A DNA stretch of 64,000 nucleotides from the IMG/VR virus record IMGVR_UViG_3300033150_001569, positions 1-64,000 of that record. One strand, given 5' to 3'. How positions within the stretch are numbered: position 1 is the stretch's first letter; each line of letters begins with the position of its first letter. Position numbers and translations under genes: made by a program. Source of the DNA: a virus. Positions 9,433 to 18,805 of the stretch are shown here, in pieces. The notes below the pieces were generated by a model. The model saw only the letters and a program-made list of their open reading frames with translations. It was not told the origin of the DNA and did not search any database.

Positions 9433-9969
9433 ATGGTATATTTTGTAACTAAAGATAATAAAATAAAGATTGGTTATACTACTAATATTGATAAAAGATT
9501 AAAAGAATTGAATAATCAATATGGAAAAATTGATTTAATTGCTATTATTAAAGGAACAAGAAAATTAGAAAAAGCATTTCATACAAAATTTGAAAAATAT
9601 TCAATTGGTAATGAATGGTTTAAACTTAATCATGAAATATTAAATTTTATACAAACTTTAGAAAAAACTAAAGATAAAACAGATATTTTATTTCCTAAAA
9701 TTACAATAGCATTAAAAAGAATGGGAGAAAATATAAAATTAGCTAGATTGCGTAGGAAAATTAAAACAGAACAACTTGCAGAAAGAGCTGGTATAAGTAG
9801 AGCTACATTATGGATGATAGAAAATGGTTCAGCTAGAGTAGCTATGGGATATTATGCTAAAGTATTACATTCTTTGAATATGTTAAATAGTATTGAAAAT
9901 TTAGCTGCTGATGATATATTAGGTAGAAAACTTCAAGATGCAGAGCTTTTAGGATATATTAAAAGATAA
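9433..9969 (+). CDS. T5orf172/GIY-YIG-like domain fused to XRE-family HTH
   Basis: VYF...IKIGYT..I.KRL..E..FH..F...EWF then MGENIKLARLRR..QLAERAGISRATLWMIENG. Confidence 0.8.
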   Translation: MVYFVTKDNKIKIGYTTNIDKRLKELNNQYGKIDLIAIIKGTRKLEKAFHTKFEKYSIGNEWFKLNHEILNFIQTLEKTKDKTDILFPKITIALKRMGENIKLARLRRKIKTEQLAERAGISRATLWMIENGSARVAMGYYAKVLHSLNMLNSIENLAADDILGRKLQDAELLGYIKR

Positions 9970-10120
9970 ACATTATGCGTCAGATTTATGTCAGGTTTTC
10001 GTCAGATAATTTAAATCTAAAATAATAGAAATATATCTAGAAAAATAGAAGAATAATATTTGGTAAGATAATGTTTTACTATTTGGTGAAATAGTGGAAT
10101 TTAAATTTTTAAAGAAATAG

Positions 10121-10152
10121 TTGACATTTATAATTTTATTTGGCATTATATT
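10121..10152 (+). promoter_or_regulatory. sigma70-like promoter of tRNA cluster
   Basis: TTGACA at 10121, AT-rich -10 at ~10144-10152, 20 nt before tRNA-Asp. Confidence 0.55.
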
Positions 10153-10170
10153 AGTTAATATTATATTAAT

Positions 10171-10251
10171 GGAGCTATGAGCTAGTTTGGTTTTGGATGC
10201 CTGACTGTCTATCAGGTTATCACAGGGGTTCAAATCCCCTTAGCTCCGCCA
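10171..10251 (+). tRNA. tRNA-Asp(GTC)
   Basis: GGAGCTA/TAGCTCC acceptor, CCTGA-CTGTCTA-TCAGG anticodon arm, AGGGG-TTCAAAT-CCCCT T arm, CCA. Confidence 0.9.
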
Positions 10252-10259
10252 TATGTTAT

Positions 10260-10347
10260 TCTGGTGTAGCTCAGTTGGTAGAGCATTTGGATAAACCAGT
10301 ATACCTTTAAAAAGGTATCAAGGGTGAGAATCCCTTCTCCTCTGCCA
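10260..10347 (+). pseudogene. degenerate/chimeric tRNA-like sequence
   Basis: canonical D arm GCTC-AGTTGGTA-GAGC, T-like arm AAGGG-TGAGAAT-CCCTT and GCCA end, but unpaired acceptor and no 7-nt anticodon loop. Confidence 0.55.
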
Positions 10348-10366
10348 ATTTTATTTATGAGGAATA

Positions 10367-11146
10367 ATGAAAGTTTTATGGTATATACAAAAAAATTTAA
10401 ATTCTGATGATAAGAAATTAGTACCATTTCTTGAAGAATTAAATCAACCATATAGATATTTTAATATAGTTCCTTTTATATATAATATTCCAGACCATAA
10501 TTATAATGGTCCTGTTATAGTAAGAGGAACAACAACAACTTTAAAAACTGCTGAAAAGAAAAATTGGAAACCTGGAGTTTGGATTAATGATAATTTTAAA
10601 CCTAGTTATTACAAGTATTATTATAATGATTTATTTTTAAATAAACATGGATTTAGTATTAAATTAAAAGAAATAATTAAAGATATGGAAGAATATTATT
10701 TTGTTCGTCCTAATTCTGATTATAAGGAATTAACAGGATCTGTATTATCTAATAAAGAACTTTTAAAAATTAAAGAAGAAGCAAAATTAGGAAAATTAAA
10801 TTTTAATGATAATTTAACTTTATTTATAGCTAAACCACTTAAAATAATAAATGAAGCTAGATTTGTAATAGTTGATAATAAAATATTATCAGGTTATTAT
10901 TATAGATACATGAAAAAATTAAAAAATTTTTCTGCTGGACCTGATTTTTATGATATTGTTGAAAAGGCAATTGATAGATGGAAACCAGCAGATGTTTATT
11001 GTTTAGATATAGGTCAAACAGAAGAAGGAGAAATTGGTGTAATAGAATGCAATTGTTTTAATGGTTCTGGTATATATGGTGGTTATAAAGAAATAGTTAA
11101 AGGAATTTCTATTTTTGTTGAAAATAATTTTCAAGGATTTAAATGA
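10367..11146 (+). CDS. ATP-grasp domain protein (R2K/DUF4343-like)
   Basis: FVRP..DYK..TG.V, EARFVIVD, YCLDIG, VIECNCFNGSG.Y. Confidence 0.75.
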   Translation: MKVLWYIQKNLNSDDKKLVPFLEELNQPYRYFNIVPFIYNIPDHNYNGPVIVRGTTTTLKTAEKKNWKPGVWINDNFKPSYYKYYYNDLFLNKHGFSIKLKEIIKDMEEYYFVRPNSDYKELTGSVLSNKELLKIKEEAKLGKLNFNDNLTLFIAKPLKIINEARFVIVDNKILSGYYYRYMKKLKNFSAGPDFYDIVEKAIDRWKPADVYCLDIGQTEEGEIGVIECNCFNGSGIYGGYKEIVKGISIFVENNFQGFK

Positions 11147-12143
11147 AAAATTTTAAATTAATTAAATTTTATATATTAATATCATTTCCTATTAGATGGA
11201 TATTTTGGACTTTAGCTTTTATTTTAAAATATTTATTTTATCTTATATGCTCACCATTTGATGCATTTTATATTGTACGCAAAACTAATATTAAATTTTA
11301 TAATTTTAATAAACATATTAATAATAAAATCAATAAGTTGAATAAAAATAAAATTAAAAATAAGTCTTGACAAATATAAATAAATAGTTTAAATTTTTAA
11401 TATTATGTCACAAATATTATTTATTAGGATTATTTATGAATAATTTTAAAGTTGGAGATTTTGTTTATAATGATTTTGAATTAAATCAAATAGTAGAAAT
11501 GAATAATAATTTAGTTACTGAATTAACTGATGGAATTATTCGTAAGAGTGGAAATAATTTATTATGTTATCAATTAACATTAAGAAATAAAAATATTAGT
11601 GAGTATATTAAAGAACTTTATAATAAAATTCAAAGTATAAGAGGATTAAATTATCCCATTATACATAGATATTATATAAAAATTTGGTGTGATTGTATTA
11701 ATGAAAATGATAAAAATGATGAAAATTTGGATGTATATTATAAAAAATTAAAAAATTTTAATAAAGAAATTTTTGACAGATTAAATTTTGAAGTAGATGG
11801 TATTAAAATTTTTGATTAGTAAAGGGATAATATGAAAAATGTAATTAATGGTTATCAACCAAATAATAGTGAAAATATTGATATTAATAATCCTCCTAGT
11901 GGTGGAAGTGGATTAAGTTCAAAAGATAATGTTATTGATATTAATTTAAATATTAGAAATGATAATTTAGAAAATAAAATTGCTAATGAAATTAAAGATT
12001 GGATACCTGTTTTAGAAAATAGAAATGTATATATAAGAATTAGTAAATATCCTAATGGTGAATATGTTTTATATTTAAGACAACAACGTGGTGCTAATTT
12101 TGTTAAACCATTAGATGAAAAAATAATTAATTTAGAATAATAT

Positions 12144-12218
12144 AGCAGGATGGCGCAGTGGTAGCGCAAGAGACTCATGATCTCTAGGTCAAAGGTTCGA
12201 TCCCTTTTCCTGCTACCA
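12144..12218 (+). tRNA. tRNA-Met(CAT), initiator-like frame
   Basis: AGCAGGA/TCCTGCT acceptor, AGAGA-CTCATGA-TCTCT anticodon arm, AAAGG-TTCGATC-CCTTT T arm, CCA. Confidence 0.9.
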
Positions 12219-12222
12219 AATA

Positions 12223-12315
12223 TGAAGTCGGCGGCATGAAAAAAATGACGCTTTGTTTTTAACTAAACACAAATGCCAAGAGTTACTGAAATATAGTAAG
12301 AGCGTAACGACTTCA
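12223..12315 (+). ncRNA. unassigned structured RNA
   Basis: closing stem TGAAGTCG/CGACTTCA with internal GGCAT/ATGCC, ACGCT/AGCGT and TTACT/AGTAA pairings; GC-rich relative to flanks. Confidence 0.5.
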
Positions 12316-12671
12316 AATTTTTTATTTAGGAAATATATGAATAGACAATGTATGATTCAGATGAATAAAGAAAATAAAAGAATTAAAAAGATGCCTATTT
12401 GTTCATCTAATTTAGCATTAAGATTTTATTTACAGGATGGTTGGACAAAAGAATTTTTGGATAGTTTAACAATTAAAGGTGAATGTATTTATAGAGAGAT
12501 GAAATTTGGAGATGAAGATTTAAGTTATTATATGCCTATTCCAAATACAAAATTGGATATAGATAAATTGATTTTATATGTTTCAGAAGTTAATAGAGCA
12601 TTTGATGATTATCCTAATGAATCTGATATTGAATTTATTAAAAGAATGTTAATATTTTAGTAATAGATAAT

Positions 12672-13328
12672 ATGATATATAAATATAATACTAAAGAAAT
12701 TTTAAAAGAAATAAATAATTGTGAAGACTATTATTGGAATAATAAAAAAAGTAAATGGGAATATAAAGGAATATTAAATATTGGTAATAAAAAATATAAA
12801 ATAATGCATTGGTTAGCAAAAAAAGCATATTGTTCTTGGATATGTCAAGGTATTAGATGTAATAATAAAAATAATTGTCATACAAAATATTATTATGATA
12901 AAGGAATTAAAAGAATTTGGGATAATAGAACTTGTATTAATTTCTGGATTAATGAATTTTTTAAAAGAGATGGATGGAATAAACCAGTAATGACTAGAAA
13001 AAATGATGTTGGAAATTATTGTGAAAATAATTGTGAACTAAAAGAACATATTGAAAATAATAAAGAAATAAAAATTACAGAGAAAAGAAGAAAAATTTTT
13101 AGTATTTATGGAATTATTAATGGAGCTATTAATGGAGCAAAAACTACATCTAAAAATATAAAGTTAATTAATATTAATAATAAAGATGATATAATTTATT
13201 TTTCATCAATAAATGATGGTGGATTAAAATTAAATAAAAGTAAAAATTATTTAAGATATTTTATTAAAAATAATAAATTGGTTTATATAAATAATAAATA
13301 TTATAAAATTAAAATAATTTTTAACTAG
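12672..13328 (+). CDS. HNH-like homing endonuclease family member with NUMOD1-like C-terminus
   Basis: KAY.SW..QG.RCNN, RKNDVGNYCENNC, FSSINDG; paralog of 26058 and 32036. Confidence 0.6.
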   Translation: MIYKYNTKEILKEINNCEDYYWNNKKSKWEYKGILNIGNKKYKIMHWLAKKAYCSWICQGIRCNNKNNCHTKYYYDKGIKRIWDNRTCINFWINEFFKRDGWNKPVMTRKNDVGNYCENNCELKEHIENNKEIKITEKRRKIFSIYGIINGAINGAKTTSKNIKLININNKDDIIYFSSINDGGLKLNKSKNYLRYFIKNNKLVYINNKYYKIKIIFN

Positions 13329-13602
13329 AATGTTATGGTGATATAATGGCAAAATTAATAGGAAACAAATTTGAAGGTGAAATCGAAGTTAAAAGATTAT
13401 ATATTGATGGTGTTGAAATTGAAAGTAAATGTCCTAAATGTGGAAAAATTTATAAATGTCCAATTGGAGGAGATCATTTAAGTTATCCAACATTAAATGA
13501 ACCAACAAAACATTATTGCTATTGTGAAGATTGTAATACAGAATGGCAAGAATATTTTATTTTAGAAATGACAGCTAAATTAGCTGAATAAATAAAAAAT
13601 AA

Positions 13603-13677
13603 TGGAGAATGGTGTAATGGATAACACGTCAGACTTTGACTCTGAAGATGATTGTTCGATTCAATCTTCTCCAGCCA
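13603..13677 (+). tRNA. tRNA-Gln(TTG)
   Basis: TGGAGAA/TTCTCCA, TCAGA-CTTTGAC-TCTGA, GATTG-TTCGATT-CAATC, CCA. Confidence 0.92.
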
Positions 13678-13926
13678 TGAGATGTTATGAAAAATTGGTC
13701 AGGTGAATATTGTAAAAAATGTGGAAAAGAACAAAGAATAGCTTGGAGTATTAAAAATAATATTTGGTATAAAGTTGTACCAAAATTATATAGAAATAAA
13801 GTTATTTGTTTTGAATGCTTTTTAAAATATTGTGATAAAAATAAAATTAATATAATAAAAGATTATTTTTTATTTTTTGGTTTTGTAGGTGATGATTTTA
13901 AAGGATTTAATTTAATTGATGTAAGT

Positions 13927-14001
13927 GGAGATGTGGTCTAATGGCTAAGACATATGACTTTCTCTCATATAATCGGAGTTCGATTCTCCGCATCTCTACC
14001 A
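13927..14001 (+). tRNA. tRNA-Glu(TTC)
   Basis: GGAGATG/CATCTCT, TATGA-CTTTCTC-TCATA, CGGAG-TTCGATT-CTCCG, CCA. Confidence 0.88.
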
Positions 14002-14201
14002 TTTAAATTATGAGATATTGTAAAATAGATTGTAAATATTTAAAACAACTTACTAATGGTGAACAAAATAGTAAAAGATATGGTGAATCTAAATTTAAAC
14101 TTTGGATTTATTGTTGTGAAAAATATAAAAAAATAATTTATCATTATGGACATCAACTTGAATTAGTGAGGGTTGATGGGTGTGATGAAGAATAATTATG
14201 T

Positions 14202-14288
14202 GCGAAGGTGATGGAACTGGAATACATAACATCCTTAAAAGGTGCTGCCCAAATGGGATTAAGGGTTCAACTCCCTTCCTTCGCACCA
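14202..14288 (+). tRNA. tRNA-Leu(TAA)
   Basis: GCGAAGG/CCTTCGC, loop CTTAAAA, long variable arm CCCA-AA-TGGG, AAGGG-TTCAACT-CCCTT, CCA. Confidence 0.9.
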
Positions 14289-14293
14289 TTTAA

Positions 14294-14989
14294 ATGAAAA
14301 TAAAAATGATTATTAATAGTAAATTTCATGATTATTATGATACTGCAATAGGATATGGTGGAATTGATAAAAGTATTATATATAATCGTAAAACTGAGGA
14401 AATTGAATTTAAAAAATTATCTAATTATACATTATATCCAGAAAGAAAAATAACAAAAGATTATACTTATGATTTTTCAGCTTATATTATAAATTTTGTT
14501 GGTAAAATATATCCTTGTATTTGTACTGAAATTACATATGTTTGGAATTTATTTAAACAAAATAATGAAGATAAAAAATATTTTTTCTATTCAATAGATA
14601 AATATATTAATTTTTTAAAAAAGAATAATATTAAATTAAAAGAAAAATATTTTTGGAGTAATATTTCAATATTTAATAAAAAAGGAATAAAAAATTTTTT
14701 TGATAAAAATAATTGGAATTTTTTATCAGATTTTAATTTAAAATATAAAGTACCAGTTTTAGTTTATGATACTAGAAGTAAAATATTTTTAAATCCTTGT
14801 TTAAAAGATTATGAATTTGCTAAAGTAATAGATCCTTTTACTGCTTTTCAAGAAATACAAATGTATATATCAAATTTTTTATTAAATCCTGAAAAAGAAA
14901 TTCCTCCTATGTCAGATAAAGTAATGAGTGATTGTAAGGGGTTTGATAAATGGAGTTTTAAAAAATTATCAATTAAAAAGAGGAAATAA
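14294..14989 (+). CDS. conserved phage hypothetical protein
   Basis: intact ORF; SKFHDYYD N-terminus and NP.LKDYEF.KV.DPFTAFQEI.MYI...GFDKWSFK C-terminus look like conserved blocks. Confidence 0.55.
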   Translation: MKIKMIINSKFHDYYDTAIGYGGIDKSIIYNRKTEEIEFKKLSNYTLYPERKITKDYTYDFSAYIINFVGKIYPCICTEITYVWNLFKQNNEDKKYFFYSIDKYINFLKKNNIKLKEKYFWSNISIFNKKGIKNFFDKNNWNFLSDFNLKYKVPVLVYDTRSKIFLNPCLKDYEFAKVIDPFTAFQEIQMYISNFLLNPEKEIPPMSDKVMSDCKGFDKWSFKKLSIKKRK

Positions 14990-15552
14990 TATGTATAAGA
15001 TAATTAAATATGAACATCATGGAAAAGATGTTTTTGTAAGAGATGATTTAAAAGGAAAACATCGTAGTTATTGTTTATGTCATCAAAAATGTAAAAAATT
15101 CCAACCTGGAAAATTTAATAATTGTTTTATTACACAATCTGTTTTTGAAAATTGTAAAAAATTTAATATTGTTACACCTATATGGGAATGTCCATTTTAT
15201 GAATATGATGATTCTAGAGATTTAACTAAAGAAGAATATCATTTAGCTAGTGCAATTGAATGTTATAAACCAATTCCTAAATCAATTTTAGAAGAATCAT
15301 ATAAAAAAGGAGTTTTATCTAAAGATAAATTAGAAGATGGTAAATATTATTTAGGAGAATGTAGAAATGCAAGAGTTGCTAGATGGTGCGAAAAAGACCA
15401 AAAATTTACTTATATTCGCACTAAGTTTGGTAGTAGCTATCCAGAAGATATTAAACATCCAGAAGATGATGATGGATTTGATTTATTTGTTCCATTTAGA
15501 GAAATAGAACCTTATGATAATGAAAAAATAGAAAAATATGAGAAGGAATAAT

Positions 15553-15978
15553 ATGTTAAATCTTAGTTTAGATGTTCATGGAGTTATAAATAAAGAACCT
15601 AATTATTTTTCTGAATTATTTTATATTAATGGTGATAAAGGTATAAATTTTATTATGACTGGTGAATTTATTAGTAGTAAATTAATTAAAGAACTTCGTA
15701 ATTGGGATATTCCTTTTAATAGATTACTTTCAATAAGCGATTATCATGTTTTAAAAGGAAGTAAGGGATTATGGTTTGATGAAAAATATACTTTATGGAT
15801 GTCTGGTGGAAAATGGAATAGTACTAAAGCTCATCTTGCGTCTATTAATGATATTGATTTTCATATAGATGATGCTAAATTTGGAATATATGGTAAGTAT
15901 TTTTCAACACCTTACATTTATTATGATAATAAAAAACAATATTTAACCCTTTATTATGGAAAATATCGTGAAAAATAA
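15553..15978 (+). CDS. HAD-superfamily hydrolase-like protein (C-terminus probably extends past an A-run slip)
   Basis: SLDVHGVI motif I variant, IMTG, K, FHIDD. Confidence 0.5.
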   Translation: MLNLSLDVHGVINKEPNYFSELFYINGDKGINFIMTGEFISSKLIKELRNWDIPFNRLLSISDYHVLKGSKGLWFDEKYTLWMSGGKWNSTKAHLASINDIDFHIDDAKFGIYGKYFSTPYIYYDNKKQYLTLYYGKYREK

Positions 15979-16304
15979 TTTTTCCTAATTATCCTATTGA
16001 TTTATATCAGATTTTAGTTAAATGGAAAGAAAAATTAAAAATTTAAATTATTACTTGACATTTTTAATTTCTGATATTATTCTATTCAAGTAATTATTTC
16101 TAGTATTAAGGTTATTATGATTAAAAAAGATATAAAATTATATCTTTCTACTTATTATGATACAGGAGATAGTAATAGACAATTATCAACTAATTTATCA
16201 TTAGAATCAAAATCAAATGATAAATGGATAATTTTTCAACATGGTAATGATAAATTTAAAATTGAAAAAGATGATTTAAAACAAGCATTAGAAGAATTGG
16301 AATA

Positions 16305-16871
16305 ATGGAAAATTATAATAAAATATTTTGGGATGCTAGTGATTTGAATCAGCTTTTTAAAGATGGTAAAGAGGATATTATTCAAAAATTATTAATAAAA
16401 TTTTTACCTAAATTTACTATTAAAAATATTTCAAATGAGAAGAAAAAATATGATTTGGAAGTAGAATATAATAATAAAATAATAAAATTAGAAGTTGAGG
16501 GTACTAAAAAAAATTCTGGTTTAGGATTTCAATGGCAAAATTATGGTACTAATAAATATGGATTAAAAAAAGGTTGTACTATTCCAAGTAGAAAATTTAA
16601 TTCATTATATTCTCTTTGGGATATTTATATTAAATTTAGTCCTAATTATGATAAATTTTTTGTTGTTATAAAAAAATTTTTAGATAAATATATTAAAAAT
16701 ATAAAATATGATAATGTAATGGATTCTATTAAATATTATAATAATAGTTTTATAACTATTAATTGGGATGATGTTGATAAAATGGTAAAAGAAGAAGTTA
16801 TGATTATTGATGATTTTAATAAATTAGAAAAATTATTTTTAAAAACATTTGAAATAAAATATGGAGTATAA
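16305..16871 (+). CDS. putative PD-(D/E)xK nuclease / restriction endonuclease
   Basis: YDL...LEVEGTK pattern; overlaps the start of a DNA methylase. Confidence 0.45.
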   Translation: MENYNKIFWDASDLNQLFKDGKEDIIQKLLIKFLPKFTIKNISNEKKKYDLEVEYNNKIIKLEVEGTKKNSGLGFQWQNYGTNKYGLKKGCTIPSRKFNSLYSLWDIYIKFSPNYDKFFVVIKKFLDKYIKNIKYDNVMDSIKYYNNSFITINWDDVDKMVKEEVMIIDDFNKLEKLFLKTFEIKYGV

Positions 16872-17691
16872 ATTGGCATCATTAACGCCTTTTAGATATC
16901 CTGGAAGTAAAGTTAAATTACTTCCTAATTTAATTAAAAAATTTATTGATTGCGGATTAGAAAAATCTTCATCTTTTACAGATGTTTTTGTAGGAGGTGG
17001 AAGTATTTTTTTGGAATTAGCAAGAAAATATCCAAATATGAATTTTATTATTAATGATTATGATGAATGGATATATTCTTTTTGGAAAGTTGTATTATCA
17101 AATAAATATCAAGAATTTATTGATCTAATAGAAAATATACCAATTAATATAAAAATATTTAAATCTCTTAGAAATAATTTTCCAAAATCAATTATTGAAA
17201 AAGCTTATTATGCGTTATTTTTTAATAGAACTACATTTAGTGGTATGCTTAAAGCAGGTCCAATTGGAGGATTAAATCAAACAGGAAAATGGAAAATAGA
17301 TTGTAGATTTCCAAAAAAGAATATAATTAATAAAATAATTGAAATAAATAAAATTCTTAGTGAAAGAACTAAAGTTTATAATTTAAATTTCACTCAATTA
17401 TTAAATGATGTATATCATCAATTTATATATCTTGATCCTCCATATTATCATAAGGGAAATCAATTATATAGAGTTCCAATGCAACCAGATGAACATATAA
17501 ATTTATCATTTATATTACAAAATAATATAAATGTTCCTTGGATAATAAGTTATGATATTTGTGATGAAATAAAAAATTTATATTATAAAAAATCTAATAT
17601 TGAAGAAATATTTGTTAGATATACTTTCAAAGGATATACAAAAAAAGAGGATAAAAAGGAATATTTGATTTATAATGGAAAAAAGTATTAA
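16861..17691 (+). CDS. Dam-family (D12 class) N6-adenine DNA methyltransferase
   Basis: PFRYPGSK, FVGGGS, IND, FFNRTTFSG, YLDPPY. Confidence 0.92.
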   Translation: MEYKLASLTPFRYPGSKVKLLPNLIKKFIDCGLEKSSSFTDVFVGGGSIFLELARKYPNMNFIINDYDEWIYSFWKVVLSNKYQEFIDLIENIPINIKIFKSLRNNFPKSIIEKAYYALFFNRTTFSGMLKAGPIGGLNQTGKWKIDCRFPKKNIINKIIEINKILSERTKVYNLNFTQLLNDVYHQFIYLDPPYYHKGNQLYRVPMQPDEHINLSFILQNNINVPWIISYDICDEIKNLYYKKSNIEEIFVRYTFKGYTKKEDKKEYLIYNGKKY

Positions 17692-18166
17692 AAATTATTT
17701 TAATGATTATGTAATTGGTATTAAATATGATGAAATAGATTTTAAAGTTTTATCTGAAATTATGTGGAATAATTTATTATCATTAGATCACAGAATTAAT
17801 ATTATTGATTCTTATATTAATCATGAATTAAAAAATGGTAAAAAACTTTCTGTATTTGATCCAAGAACTATTATTAATACTGAAGTAGTAAGAAAATGTG
17901 AATATATATTAAATAATTATGAAAAAATTAAAGATGAAGAATTTATTTATAAAAAAACAATTAAACCAAAAGGATTATTTTTAATATCAAGTTCTTTAGT
18001 TAAAGAATATGCTTATATAATGGAAGATGAAAATAGATTATTATTGACTAACTATGGATTTAAAAATATAGAAGAAGCAAAAAATGAAATAAAAGATAAT
18101 AAAATAAAATTTCCACAATTTAATTTTAAAGAATATAGAAGTAATTATCATTAATGGAGAATAAAA

Positions 18167-18805
18167 ATGATAAAAATAATTGAACCAAGAGTTGAATATT
18201 ATTTAAATTGGGATTATGAAGAATTAATTAAATTTTTAGAAAGATCTGGCAGAACATGTTATAAAAGTGAAGATAGAATTACACCAGATAGTGCTGAGAA
18301 ATTTATAAAAATGATAATTAAAAGAAAACATGAATCGGTCTTAGAGCATGTTAATTTAAGTGTATTATTTATTGGTAGTAGAGCTTTTTCTCATCAGTTA
18401 GTCAGGCATAGAATTGGTGTTGCTTATAGCCAAGAATCAATGAGATTTTGTAATTACAATAAAAATGAAGAATTAGAAGTTATTTGTCCATCTAGTATTA
18501 AATATCATAAAGAAGCTTTTAAAACTTGGAAATATATGATGGAAACTGATTATCGTTGTTATAGGAGTATGATTGAAGAAGGAATAAAACCAGAAGATGC
18601 AAGATTTGTTTTACCTAATGGAGTAAAAACTGAAGTATTTACAACAATGAATATTCGCCAATGGAGACATGTTTTTTATGATCGTGCATTAAATCCCCAT
18701 GCTCAATGGGAAATAAAAGAATTAATGCAAGATGTATTAAAAACATTTTATAAAAAATATCCAGTATTATTTGAAGATTTATATAAGGAGTTAATAAATG
18801 AATAA
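18167..18805 (+). CDS. thyX: flavin-dependent thymidylate synthase
   Basis: GRTCYKS, HESVLEH, HQLVRHR...SQESMR, EDARFVLP, N.RQWRH, AQWEI. Confidence 0.95.
   Translation: MIKIIEPRVEYYLNWDYEELIKFLERSGRTCYKSEDRITPDSAEKFIKMIIKRKHESVLEHVNLSVLFIGSRAFSHQLVRHRIGVAYSQESMRFCNYNKNEELEVICPSSIKYHKEAFKTWKYMMETDYRCYRSMIEEGIKPEDARFVLPNGVKTEVFTTMNIRQWRHVFYDRALNPHAQWEIKELMQDVLKTFYKKYPVLFEDLYKELINE

Noticed and set aside
9991-10451. Minus-strand ORFs over the tRNA region (also 11855-12178, 14095-14289)
   Set aside because: Antisense translations of tRNA genes and + strand CDSs
12295-12315. Group I intron core (CGTAACGACT resembles the R element)
   Set aside because: No downstream S element or interrupted gene; the segment pairs locally with 12223-12230
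12253-12336. Track TTG start of ORF 12253..12660
   Set aside because: Overlaps the structured RNA; ATG at 12337 with an AGGA RBS is more plausible
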